The translations under genes were made by a program, and so were the position numbers. The notes under the pieces were generated by a model, which made no database searches, had not been told where the DNA came from, and saw only the letters and a list, made by a program, of their open reading frames with translations. From NCBI GenBank assembly GCA_041750285.1, contig JBGSZS010000021.1, positions 25,987 through 89,986 on the forward strand: 64,000 nucleotides of DNA, in the 5' to 3' direction. This document shows, piece after piece, positions 24,627 through 33,893 of this stretch. Numbering within the stretch: the stretch's first letter is position 1; the number at the start of each line of letters is the position of its first letter. This DNA is from Candidatus Fermentibacteraceae bacterium (lineage in GTDB: Bacteria; Fermentibacterota; Fermentibacteria; Fermentibacterales; JCC-6).

Positions 24627-26394
24627 CACTGTTGTCGTTGTGGGAGGCGGTCACGCCGGGGTCGAGGCCGCCCTTGCCGCGGTCAGGGTCGGGGCTTCGG
24701 CGGTCATCGTAACCGCAGAACCTTCGGCCATTGCGGTAATGCCCTGCAATCCTGCCATCGGGGGCGTTGCGAAAGGATGCCTGGTTCGCGAGATAGACGC
24801 CCTTGGAGGGGTCATGGGCCTCGCGGCCGACCATGCGGCGCTGCAGTTCAGAATGCTGAACCTCAGCAAGGGCCCCGCAGTATGGGGTCCAAGGGTACAG
24901 GCTGATTCGGGGGGATACCCCGCATTCGTAAGAGAATCGCTCACCACTGCGGGAGTAAAGGTCGTAAAAGGGATGGCACGCTCCCTTTCCGGAGAACGCG
25001 GCCGTTTCACTGCCGTCGATCTCGAAGACGGCCGGTCGGTACCCGGCGATGCCTTTGTTCTTGCAACGGGGACGTACCTGGGCGGTGTCCTGTTCCGTGG
25101 CGGCGAGCGCTGGCCGGGTGGTCGCGCGGGAGGGCTGTCATCCATAAGCCTCGAACGGTTCCTGTCCGGACTGTTTCACGTGGAACGTTTCAAGACCGGA
25201 ACCTCTCCCAGGGTTGTGACCGGAACAATCAGGACCGGCGCGCTCGAGATCCAGACAGCCCACACCTTCCCGTTCAGGTTCAGCCTCGAAAGCGAAGAAC
25301 CGGTCCGCAACAGCATGCTTTGCCATCTTGCGCGAACAAACGAGCGGACCAGCCGGGCCGTTCTTGAGAACCTTGACAGGTCGCCATTGTACGAAAGACG
25401 GATCGAAGGGAAAGGCCCCAGATACTGCCCCAGCTTTGAAACCAAGGTCGTAAAATTCCCGGAACGCCATGAGCATCCCGTACATCTCGAGCCCCTGTCA
25501 CCCCATTCCAGATTATCCTACCTGAACGGACTCTCGACGAGCATGCCCCAGGACGTGCAGTACAGAATGCTCAGAACAATCGAGGGGTTTGAGAACGCCG
25601 AGATAGCCCTTTTCGGTTATGCTGTAGAATACTCCCGGCTTGCGTGGGGAGAGTTTGACATGTCGCTTCGTCTCACGGGCACAGGGAACCTTTTCGCAGC
25701 CGGGCAGATCCTTGGCACTTCCGGTTACGAAGAGGCTGCCGCCCTGGGGCTCCTTGCCGGCGCCAACGCCGCAAGGACTGCGATGGACCGGGACTGCGTT
25801 GTGCCGGACAGGGAAGAGAGCTATCTGGGCGTCATGGTGAGCGATCTTGTCAGAAAGGGCATAGATGAACCCTATCGTCTGTTCTCAAGCCGCGCAGAGA
25901 ACAGGCTTCACCTGAGACAGGACAACGCCCACGCAAGGCTGGAAAAGCTGGCCCGTGACCTTGGTGTCCTGGGAGGACGAAGGCAGTCGCTGCTTGAGGC
26001 TCATCTGAAGCAGTACGAAACAGCCCGTGAGCTGATCCGTGCTGCGGGGCTCGAATACCTCTGCAGAAGACCCGAAACCACACCTGCAGACATCATGGGT
26101 AAAGACTCCGGAATGGGTGGACTGAGCCCCGAGTGTGTGGAAACCGCATTCAACGACATCAAGTACGAAGGCTATATCAGCAGGCACACAAGGCGCCGCA
26201 AGGCAGCCCTCGAACACTGGTCACTTCCCCTGCCCCCGGGTTTCCGTGACGCGGGAATATCAATTGAGGCCCGGCAGGCCATCGAGGCAAGCAGACCCGG
26301 TACTGTCGGGGAAGCCGCCGAACTGCCGGGAGTCCGGGCCTCGGACCTTGAGGTTCTGACCCTGCTTGCCCTGAAGAACAGGTGTTCCACGTGA
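24616..26394 (+). CDS. mnmG: tRNA uridine-5-carboxymethylaminomethyl modification enzyme MnmG
   Basis: GGGHAGVEAA, MPCNPAIGG, GPRYCPS, GTSGYEEAA and EPYR.FSSRAE motifs. Confidence 0.96.
   Translation: MGNSTVVVVGGGHAGVEAALAAVRVGASAVIVTAEPSAIAVMPCNPAIGGVAKGCLVREIDALGGVMGLAADHAALQFRMLNLSKGPAVWGPRVQADSGGYPAFVRESLTTAGVKVVKGMARSLSGERGRFTAVDLEDGRSVPGDAFVLATGTYLGGVLFRGGERWPGGRAGGLSSISLERFLSGLFHVERFKTGTSPRVVTGTIRTGALEIQTAHTFPFRFSLESEEPVRNSMLCHLARTNERTSRAVLENLDRSPLYERRIEGKGPRYCPSFETKVVKFPERHEHPVHLEPLSPHSRLSYLNGLSTSMPQDVQYRMLRTIEGFENAEIALFGYAVEYSRLAWGEFDMSLRLTGTGNLFAAGQILGTSGYEEAAALGLLAGANAARTAMDRDCVVPDREESYLGVMVSDLVRKGIDEPYRLFSSRAENRLHLRQDNAHARLEKLARDLGVLGGRRQSLLEAHLKQYETARELIRAAGLEYLCRRPETTPADIMGKDSGMGGLSPECVETAFNDIKYEGYISRHTRRRKAALEHWSLPLPPGFRDAGISIEARQAIEASRPGTVGEAAELPGVRASDLEVLTLLALKNRCST
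25172..25187. promoter_or_regulatory. parS site (one mismatch) inside mnmG
   Basis: TGTTTCACGTGGAACG versus the parS palindrome TGTTTCACGTGGAACA. Confidence 0.75.
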
Positions 26395-27029
26395 AACACA
26401 TCCCGCCGGGAGCGGTTCAAGACATTTCCCGCCTGGGGGTGGCGGCCGACGAATCAGTGATCGAAAGGCTTGACGAGTTCACCGTTCTGATTGAAAAGGG
26501 AGCCGGGGGAAGGTTTGGAAACCTTCTGGGGCCGGTTGAAATGGGACGCCTTTGGAACAGGCACATCCTGGAGTCAGTTGCGTACATTCCCTTCCTTGAG
26601 AAGGAGGGACCGGTCGTGGATATCGGCAGCGGAGCCGGTTTCCCGGGGATCGTTCTGGCGCTGTTCGGCCTTGAGACCACACTTGTTGAAAGCCGCAGAA
26701 AACGGTTTCTGTTCCTCGTGTGGGTTAGGGAGACCATGAAACTCAGGAACGTCAATCTTCTGAACGGGAGGATCGAGGAATGCGGACCTTTCCCTTTGCC
26801 GGTGGCGTTCACTGCAAGGGCCGTTGAGAACCCTGCCGGTCTGGTGCAGAGGATCTCGGGCGTATCCAGGGAAGGCTTCTCTCTCACGGTCCGGACAGGA
26901 GAGCCCTATTCCGCTCCCGGGGTTGAAGTTGTAAGGGAATTGCCTTCCCCTCCTCTTGACCGTCCCGGGTTCATGGTGCAGTTTCGCCATCCCGGAACGG
27001 GGATTCGCCGGGGAAACGGGGGGACATGA
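26382..27029 (+). CDS. rsmG: 16S rRNA m7G527 methyltransferase
   Basis: RHILES, DIGSGAGFPGI, LVES..KR..FL and ARA motifs; start may be GTG at 26391. Confidence 0.94.
   Translation: MFHVKHIPPGAVQDISRLGVAADESVIERLDEFTVLIEKGAGGRFGNLLGPVEMGRLWNRHILESVAYIPFLEKEGPVVDIGSGAGFPGIVLALFGLETTLVESRRKRFLFLVWVRETMKLRNVNLLNGRIEECGPFPLPVAFTARAVENPAGLVQRISGVSREGFSLTVRTGEPYSAPGVEVVRELPSPPLDRPGFMVQFRHPGTGIRRGNGGT
26383..26398. promoter_or_regulatory. parS site (consensus) at the mnmG/rsmG junction
   Basis: TGTTCCACGTGAAACA matches the TGTTNCACGTGAAACA consensus; about 0.6 kb upstream of parAB. Confidence 0.9.
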
Positions 27030-27781
27030 CCAGGATCATAGCTGTCGCGAACCAGAAGGGCGGTGTCGGGAAGACCACCACGGTGATCAACCTCGGCGCG
27101 AGCCTTGCCGTGAACGACAGGGATGTTCTTATTGTGGACCTCGACCCCCAGGCCAACGCCACGAGCGGCCTGGGACGCGATCCGGGCGGACTCGAAGGCA
27201 TGCACGCCCTTATGGCAGGCCGGAAGACCCTTTCTGAATCGGTTGTTGGAACCGACGTCGAGGGCCTTGACCTCGTTCCGGGATCAACCGACATGGCGGG
27301 ACTAGAGATCGAACTGGCCTCGCAGGACAATCGGGAGTTCTTTCTCGACAGGGCTTTGAGGGGTCAGGTCGAGAAGTATGCGTATGTCCTCATCGATTGT
27401 CCTCCCTCTCTCGGGCTTCTCACGGTGAACGGGCTCGTTGCCGCCGACAGCGTCCTTCTTCCGGTCCAGAGTGAATACTACGCCCTGGAGGGACTTTCCC
27501 ATCTTCTTCAGACGATATCAAGGGTGAGGTCGGCGTGGAACCGAAGGCTTCTGCTTTTCGGGGTTGTCATGACCATGTACGACTCAAGGCTCAAGCTGAG
27601 CAGGGAAGTGTTTGACGAAGCCAGGGCTCACCTGGGTAAGGCATTGTTTCGCACCACTATACCCCGTAATGTCAAACTGAGCGAAGCTCCCAGCTTCGGG
27701 AAGCCGGCGATTCTCTACGACCCCTTTTCGAAGGGAGCCGGCAGCTACCTCAGTCTTGCAAAAGAGGTGATGGAAAGATGA
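27026..27781 (+). CDS. parA: Chromosome partitioning ATPase ParA/Soj
   Basis: NQKGGVGKTTT, DLDPQANAT, DCPPSLG and IPRNVKLSEAPSFG motifs. Confidence 0.97.
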   Translation: MTRIIAVANQKGGVGKTTTVINLGASLAVNDRDVLIVDLDPQANATSGLGRDPGGLEGMHALMAGRKTLSESVVGTDVEGLDLVPGSTDMAGLEIELASQDNREFFLDRALRGQVEKYAYVLIDCPPSLGLLTVNGLVAADSVLLPVQSEYYALEGLSHLLQTISRVRSAWNRRLLLFGVVMTMYDSRLKLSREVFDEARAHLGKALFRTTIPRNVKLSEAPSFGKPAILYDPFSKGAGSYLSLAKEVMER

Positions 27782-28647
27782 GGGAAAAGGGTAAAAAGGC
27801 GTTGGGAAGGGGGCTGGAAGCGCTTCTGCCTGCGATCTCAGCGGAACCAGCCGGAAAAGGCGCTTCCATGATGGTCCCAGTTGGTCTCATCGACGCCAAC
27901 CCGTTCCAGCCCAGGGTGGACTGGAGCCAGGACGACCTTCAGTCGCTCAGTGATTCGATCCGCGCCCAGGGGATCATACAGCCCCTTGTTCTGCGCCCCG
28001 CAGGAGAGCGTTACCAGCTCATCGCCGGGGAAAGACGGCTCAGGGCGTCAATAATGGCTGGGCTTTCGGAGGTTCCCGCGGTCATAAGGGAAGCGGACGA
28101 CCGTCAGATGCTGGCGCTGGCCCTGGTCGAGAACATACAGAGGTCAGACCTGAACCCGATGGAGAAGGCCGAGGCCTTCAGCCGCTTCTGCAGTGAATTC
28201 AAACTCACGCAGGAAGACCTTGGACGGCAGGTGGGACTGAGCCGTTCAGCCGTTGCCAACTTTCAGAGGCTCCTCGAACTGCCGGAGAAGGTCAGGGTCA
28301 TGCTTCGCACCGGTCAGCTTACAATGGGGCACGGCAGGGCGCTTCTCGGCCTTTCCGACGGGGACCACATGGTCAGGGCCGCGGGTATGGCCGTTCACAA
28401 GGGCATGAGCGTAAGGGCCCTTGAGGAGCTGGTCCGCAGCAGCAGGTCCGAAGGCAGTGCGAAGAAGCCGGGAAAGGTCCGTGAGGTTTCCCCCGAGATC
28501 GCTGCACTGGAAGAAGGTCTGCAAAGGCTTTTCGGCACCAGGGTGAGGGTGAGGGATACCGCAGGCCGTGGCAGCATAGAGATAGAGTATGCTTCACTGG
28601 ACGAGCTGGACAGACTCCTCTCCATTTTCAGAAGTTCCTCCCGTTGA
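27778..28647 (+). CDS. parB: Chromosome partitioning protein ParB/Spo0J
   Basis: ALGRGL, NPFQPR, IAGERRLRA and ENIQRSDLNPME motifs. Confidence 0.97.
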   Translation: MREKGKKALGRGLEALLPAISAEPAGKGASMMVPVGLIDANPFQPRVDWSQDDLQSLSDSIRAQGIIQPLVLRPAGERYQLIAGERRLRASIMAGLSEVPAVIREADDRQMLALALVENIQRSDLNPMEKAEAFSRFCSEFKLTQEDLGRQVGLSRSAVANFQRLLELPEKVRVMLRTGQLTMGHGRALLGLSDGDHMVRAAGMAVHKGMSVRALEELVRSSRSEGSAKKPGKVREVSPEIAALEEGLQRLFGTRVRVRDTAGRGSIEIEYASLDELDRLLSIFRSSSR

Positions 28648-28700
28648 CATAGTACAGCGTTGTCATATCGTACTCACCGCTCTAATCAGGAGGTTATCAA

Positions 28701-28868
28701 ATGGCCTACAAGATCACCGATGCATGCATCGCCTGCGGTGCCTGCATGAGCGAATGCCCCGTGGACGCAATCAGTGAGGGAGACAAATACTCCATAGATC
28801 CGGCTACCTGCATCGATTGCGGTGCCTGTGCGGCTGTGTGCCCGGTCGAAGCCATCGAAGCTCCCTGA
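28701..28868 (+). CDS. Clostridial-type 2[4Fe-4S] ferredoxin (55 aa)
   Basis: Manual translation MAYKITDACIACGACMSECPVDAISEGDKYSIDPATCIDCGACAAVCPVEAIEAP; AGGAGG RBS; missed by ORF track. Confidence 0.96.
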   Translation: MAYKITDACIACGACMSECPVDAISEGDKYSIDPATCIDCGACAAVCPVEAIEAP

Positions 28869-28896
28869 CCGGTTCCGCGCTCTTCCGGGCGGGTCT

Positions 28897-30069
28897 TTAC
28901 AGGCCCGCCCTTTGTTTTGCCAGAAAGGTGTAGAGATCCCTCAGGTCCGAAATCATTTTCTCGGCCGAGAAGGGTTCCAGGTCTTTGTCGACGTTCCCGA
29001 GAAGCGAATCGGACAGTCCGGGAGTGGATAGTATTTCGATGGTCCTCCCGGCCAGACAGCCCGCATCGCCCACGGGGCAGATCATTCCGTTGCCGGTTCC
29101 GGTGAGAAGCTCGGATACCCCCCCCACATCAGTGGAGACCACGGGCACCCCCGAAGCAAGCGCCTCGAGCATTCCCCGAGGCAGCCCTTCACTCACGGAG
29201 GTGATCAGGAACACGTTAAAAGCGGGAAGAAGCCTGCAGACATCGGTTCGGTTCCCCGCCAGGATGACCGCCCGGGAAAGGCCTGATGAATCGATCCTGC
29301 GTTCAACCACGGGCCGCATCGGACCGTCGCCTATCATCACGAACATGCATTCGGGAAGGATGGCATGTATTCGTGAGGCAACATCCAGGAAAGTCATGGG
29401 GTCCTTCACCGGAGCAAGCCTTGCCACCGTTCCCACGACCGGACAGTCAGCCGGCAGACCCAGTTCAGCCCGGGCAGCGGCCGACATTCCCCTGCATGAC
29501 CTGAAAGGTCCGAATTCGACTCCGCTCCTGATCACCGTGTAATCACCGGGTCTTCCGATACCCCAGACTGCCCCCTTGAAGATGTCTTCCGGAGTCACCG
29601 CAACGGATTGATGGGCCAGGCCGAACCCGATCCTTTCCATTGTGGTGTACGCTGCCTGCTGCAGGAAGCTCATCCGGGCATCGAAGGGCCAGCCGTGGAA
29701 GGTCTGGACCACCATGGGGGAGCGCCCCGAAAGCCGGGCTGCCGCCCTGCCAAGAAGACGGGCTTTGGAACCGTGGGTGTGAACGATCGTGTACCCGCCC
29801 CTTTTTATGATGTTGGCAAGCTCATACAGAGCAAGAACATCGTGGATCGGGGAGATCCTCCACACAAGGTGCGGGCAGACCTTCGTCGTGATGCCGAACT
29901 GCTCTGCGAGATGGAAGTAATTGCCCTCCGGTGGTCTTTCGGGTCCGGTGACCAGCTCGGAACGGAAACCTTCACCCCGGATGTCCCGGCAGCTCAGGAG
30001 CGTGTTCATCCCGGCACCGCCGACGGCAAGCCTGGTCAGCACATGAAGGATGGAAACCTCTTCGGGCAT
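28897..30069 (-). CDS. Glycosyltransferase family 4
   Basis: HTHGSKA, VARL.PVKD and EGLPRGMLEALASGVPVV motifs. Confidence 0.93.
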   Translation of the reverse strand: MPEEVSILHVLTRLAVGGAGMNTLLSCRDIRGEGFRSELVTGPERPPEGNYFHLAEQFGITTKVCPHLVWRISPIHDVLALYELANIIKRGGYTIVHTHGSKARLLGRAAARLSGRSPMVVQTFHGWPFDARMSFLQQAAYTTMERIGFGLAHQSVAVTPEDIFKGAVWGIGRPGDYTVIRSGVEFGPFRSCRGMSAAARAELGLPADCPVVGTVARLAPVKDPMTFLDVASRIHAILPECMFVMIGDGPMRPVVERRIDSSGLSRAVILAGNRTDVCRLLPAFNVFLITSVSEGLPRGMLEALASGVPVVSTDVGGVSELLTGTGNGMICPVGDAGCLAGRTIEILSTPGLSDSLLGNVDKDLEPFSAEKMISDLRDLYTFLAKQRAGL

Positions 30070-30072
30070 GGT

Positions 30073-30576
30073 TCAGGCTTTTTTGCGGCCGTGAAGGACT
30101 GCCAGGAAGAATATGAAGATCAGTATTGTAAGCGCCGAATAGAATATGGGGCTGAGGAACAGAAACCCTACCGCCCAGAACGCCCCCAGAAAGGGAAGCA
30201 TCTTCCTGATGTGGCTGCCCACGGGAAGCAGCCCCTTCTTCCCGGCGGGGAACGTGTTGTAAAGGCGGATAAGGTCTTCAGCGAAACTGAAGAGAACGAT
30301 CGATACAGCAACGAGCGCGAGATGAAGGAAGATCCCGCCCACAAGGGCCCTGTTGTCGAACAGGGCAAGGATCGAAGTGAAGAAAGGCAGCATCAGCAGT
30401 CCGCAGAGAAGAAAACCGACACCCCATTGAATTGCCGTGTCACGGGTCAGCGCGTGTCCCCTTGCTGACAGGAGGGCGATGAACCGCTTCAGGAGAAGGC
30501 GTGTAAGCTCGAACAGACCCTTCACAACCGCAAGGACAAGCACGACCAGAATAATGTCATGAACCCGCTGATTCAT
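30073..30576 (-). CDS. Hypothetical membrane protein
   Basis: Multiple hydrophobic helices; GGAGG RBS; within operon. Confidence 0.75.
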   Translation of the reverse strand: MNQRVHDIILVVLVLAVVKGLFELTRLLLKRFIALLSARGHALTRDTAIQWGVGFLLCGLLMLPFFTSILALFDNRALVGGIFLHLALVAVSIVLFSFAEDLIRLYNTFPAGKKGLLPVGSHIRKMLPFLGAFWAVGFLFLSPIFYSALTILIFIFFLAVLHGRKKA

Positions 30577-30582
30577 CGACGG

Positions 30583-31158
30583 TTACCTCCGTTTGCGTTT
30601 CGATACGGCCTTCTTCTTTCCGCTTCCCCTGATCTGCACCAGCAGTCCGGCCGCGAACACTGCGGCAAGTGTCAGGAAGTAGCCGAATACCCCTATCGGG
30701 ATGGAGAAGTTGGCGGCAAGGTTGACCGCGCCCGAAGAGGCCGTGAGGCTTCCGAAAGCGGCTGTGAGAAGGGCAAGCACGAAGTTCCTGTAGGCACATG
30801 CCAGGCCTCCGCCAAGAACGGCGGCCACTATGACCAGCAGAGCCGACGGGGGGGCCGTGAAGGCGAAAACCGCCGATGCTGCCAGAAGCGCGCCGGCGAA
30901 GAACAGCGCCAGCCGGAGGAACAACCCGGAAAGAACGGCGAAGAGAATGCCGAAGATCCACGGACCCATACTGATGAAGCCAGGGTCGTTCCAGATGGCC
31001 GATGCTATTCCCGCGCCGTGCACAAGCCCAAGGGCCAGCCCCGACAGGGCCAGGACAACTCCTATGAGCCTGTTTCCGAAGAAGGCAGCCAAGACTCCCG
31101 TGATGACCATCAAGACCGGTACCCAAAGGGGATCGATCAGGACCAGTTCGCCTATCAT
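30583..31158 (-). CDS. DUF4203-like multi-pass membrane protein
   Basis: G.L.AFFG.RL motif, 6-7 TM helices; ATG overlaps the upstream stop (ATGA). Confidence 0.7.
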   Translation of the reverse strand: MIGELVLIDPLWVPVLMVITGVLAAFFGNRLIGVVLALSGLALGLVHGAGIASAIWNDPGFISMGPWIFGILFAVLSGLFLRLALFFAGALLAASAVFAFTAPPSALLVIVAAVLGGGLACAYRNFVLALLTAAFGSLTASSGAVNLAANFSIPIGVFGYFLTLAAVFAAGLLVQIRGSGKKKAVSKRKRR

Positions 31159-31814
31159 TCCCCTGCCTCTCCCTTCCAGTCCCCCAACAGATGCGCAAGA
31201 CTGGCCGCCTCGCAGACGGCCCCGGCGTCCATTCCCCGGTTGTGGGGCGTTCTGACCAGAACTGCCCTGAAGCCACCCCTCCTTGCCGCCTCGATGCCCT
31301 TCCATGCGTCTTCCACCACCAGGCAGGAGCCAGGTGGGACTCCCAGAAGAGCGGCAGCCCTAAGGAATATATCCGGTTCGGGTTTGTGCCTTGACCCCTC
31401 TCCTCCAACAACGGGAGGAACCGGGCTTCCACCCCTCTCGAGAACGGCGCGGACAAGCTCCGAATCGGTGTTCGACGCTATCACGCAGGGCTTTCTTTGC
31501 ACCACCCAAGAGAGAAGCTCCCCGGCTTCCCGGAACAGGGGTATGACCCCTGAACGGCAGAGGTCTCCGTAAAGCTCCTTCTGCAGGCTCCGCAACCTTT
31601 CCTTATCCCGCGGGGCGAACCCCATCTCCGTGAGGTGTTGTTCGCCCTGGCCAAGAAAAGACCATCTCAGGTAGTATTCTCTCTCCCCAATCGGTCCTGC
31701 GGGAGATATGGCCATGTTCCAGGTTTCCCTGTAAAAAGGCTCGCTGTCTGCCAGCACGCCGTCGAAATCGAACAGGACGGCGCTGCAGTTTTCCCATTCC
31801 CGGCGAAGCGACAA
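31155..31814 (-). CDS. HAD-superfamily phosphatase (beta-PGM/CbbY-like)
   Basis: FDFDGVLADSE, KPEPDIF and VVEDA..GIEAA motifs; TTG start chosen after GAGGGGAG. Confidence 0.9.
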   Translation of the reverse strand: MSLRREWENCSAVLFDFDGVLADSEPFYRETWNMAISPAGPIGEREYYLRWSFLGQGEQHLTEMGFAPRDKERLRSLQKELYGDLCRSGVIPLFREAGELLSWVVQRKPCVIASNTDSELVRAVLERGGSPVPPVVGGEGSRHKPEPDIFLRAAALLGVPPGSCLVVEDAWKGIEAARRGGFRAVLVRTPHNRGMDAGAVCEAASLAHLLGDWKGEAGE

Positions 31815-31906
31815 ACGACTCCCCTCGGCTTTGCACAAACGGAAGACAGGAATCATAATAGCTTTCCACATCCGTTGTCCCTGCTTTCATCACCGGGAGG
31901 TGTTCT

Positions 31907-32809
31907 TTGTTAAACAGTTTTGAAGAGATACGAAGCGCGGCCAGAGGGATCAGCGGTTCCAGGGTCGCGGTACCCATGGGCCATGATGCCGCGTCCCTCG
32001 AGGCTCTCATAACCGCCGCACGGGAGGGGCTCGCCGAGGCCGTTGTCATCGCTCCCGTCCGTGAGGTGGAACACACGCTGGAAGGCCTGCATCTGTCCCT
32101 TCCCCCGGGCATCTCCGTTGAGGATCAGACGGACGAGGAGGCCGCCGCGCTCAGGGCCGTGCAACTCGTCAGTCAGGGCAGCGCCTCCATCCTGATGAAG
32201 GGTCTCCTCAAGACTTCCACATTCCTCAGGGCCGTGCTCGATGAGAAGGTCGGACTTCGGTCGGGAGGCATACTAAGCCACATAGCCGTGGTTCATGTTC
32301 CCCGGCAGAACCGTCTGGTAGCCATAACCGACGGTGGGATGAACATCCGCCCCGATGCGGAGCAGACCGTTCAGATCATCCGCAACGCCGCTTTCGTCAT
32401 GCAGAGGCTGGGAGCTCCGGTGACAAGGGCGGCCCTTCTCGCTGCCATCGAGGCCCCCAACGACAAGATGCCAGAAACCCTTCTCTGGAAGGAAGTGGTT
32501 GACCGCGGAATCCCGGGTGTACACGTCGACGGCCCGATGGCGGTCGATGGAGCCATGGACCCCGAGGCCGCGGCCATAAAGGGAATGAAGGGCGAGGTTC
32601 CGGGGCGGGCCAATGTGCTTGTTACACCCGACATCGCCAGCGGGAACATTTTCGCCAAGGCCTTCATGTACATGACGGACGCCCAGGTGGGGGGGCTCGT
32701 GGCCGGGGCCGCGGCTCCCGTCGTGATGCTGAGCCGGTCCGATTCACCCTCCACCAAGCTCAACTCACTTGCCCTGGGAGTTGTTGTCTCGGGAGGCCGG
32801 GATGGGTGA
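31907..32809 (+). CDS. ptb: Phosphate butyryltransferase / branched-chain phosphotransacylase
   Basis: ILMKG, TDGGMNI.P, VDGP.A.D.A, P.IASGN and SRSD motifs. Confidence 0.92.
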   Translation: MLNSFEEIRSAARGISGSRVAVPMGHDAASLEALITAAREGLAEAVVIAPVREVEHTLEGLHLSLPPGISVEDQTDEEAAALRAVQLVSQGSASILMKGLLKTSTFLRAVLDEKVGLRSGGILSHIAVVHVPRQNRLVAITDGGMNIRPDAEQTVQIIRNAAFVMQRLGAPVTRAALLAAIEAPNDKMPETLLWKEVVDRGIPGVHVDGPMAVDGAMDPEAAAIKGMKGEVPGRANVLVTPDIASGNIFAKAFMYMTDAQVGGLVAGAAAPVVMLSRSDSPSTKLNSLALGVVVSGGRDG

Positions 32810-33878
32810 GCGGCTGATCTTCGCGGTGAACCCGGGGGGGACTTCCACCAAGATAGGCCTGTTCCGGGAAACCGTGGCCCTGTTCGAGGAGAATGTTCAC
32901 CACGATCCCGTAGAGCTCGCCTCTCTGGGCTCCACCTTCGGCCAGCTGGACACAAGACGGAGCCTTGTTCTCAAGGCCCTGCACGAGAAGGGATACGCCC
33001 CCTCGCAGCTCACGGCGGTCGTTGGCCGGGGAGGCACGTTCAAACCCCTTTCAAGCGGAACCTACAGGGTCACTGAACGGCTTCTCACCGACATAAGGGA
33101 GGGCACGACCCTCCAGGCCGATCACCCCTCCAACCTTGGAGCTCCAATTGCCTGGGCGGTGGCACACGAAGCGGGCTTGCCGGCCTACTTCGTCGACCCC
33201 GTATGCGTGGACGAGATGATCGAGGAGGCAAGGCTGAGCGGACATCCGCTTCTTCCAAGGGTCAGCCTCAGCCATGCCCTGAACATCCGCATGGTTGCCT
33301 ACAAGGCTGCCGAAACCCTTAAAAAGCCTCTTTCAGGGCTGAACATGGTGGTGATGCACCTGGGCAGCGGGGTAAGCGTGAACGCCCTCAGGCAGGGCCT
33401 CATGATCGACACCAACAACGCCAACGACGGCGGGCCCTTCAGCAGCACACGTACCGGCGGGCTTCCGGTGACCGGGCTGATAAGGCTTTGCTACAGCGGC
33501 AGGTACACCGCAGATGAGCTGAAGGGCATGTTCCTCAAGCAGGGCGGGCTTCTGGCCTACCTGGGCGAAGAGCACCTTCTCACGATACGGGAAAAGGTTC
33601 TCGCCGGCGACGGCACGGCCGACCTCACCCTCAGGGCGATGGCTTACCAGATGGCCAAGGAGGCCGGCTCAATGGCCGCCGCCCTGGCGGGAAAGGTCGA
33701 TGCGGTTGTCATAACGGGCGGAATGGCGAACAACGAATGGCTCTGCGGAGTTCTGAAGGAGTACCTGTCCTTCATTGCACCCATAATGGTCTTCCCGGGG
33801 GAGGCCGAGCTGGAAGCATTGGTTCGGGGCGTTCTCCGCGTGCTTGACGGCGTGGAGGAAGAACGGGAATACCTCTGA
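32802..33878 (+). CDS. buk: Butyrate kinase
   Basis: VNPGGTSTK, GRGG, H.SNLG, VDPV.VDE and HALN motifs. Confidence 0.95.
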   Translation: MGERLIFAVNPGGTSTKIGLFRETVALFEENVHHDPVELASLGSTFGQLDTRRSLVLKALHEKGYAPSQLTAVVGRGGTFKPLSSGTYRVTERLLTDIREGTTLQADHPSNLGAPIAWAVAHEAGLPAYFVDPVCVDEMIEEARLSGHPLLPRVSLSHALNIRMVAYKAAETLKKPLSGLNMVVMHLGSGVSVNALRQGLMIDTNNANDGGPFSSTRTGGLPVTGLIRLCYSGRYTADELKGMFLKQGGLLAYLGEEHLLTIREKVLAGDGTADLTLRAMAYQMAKEAGSMAAALAGKVDAVVITGGMANNEWLCGVLKEYLSFIAPIMVFPGEAELEALVRGVLRVLDGVEEEREYL

Positions 33879-33893
33879 CTGGAAGGGAAGACA

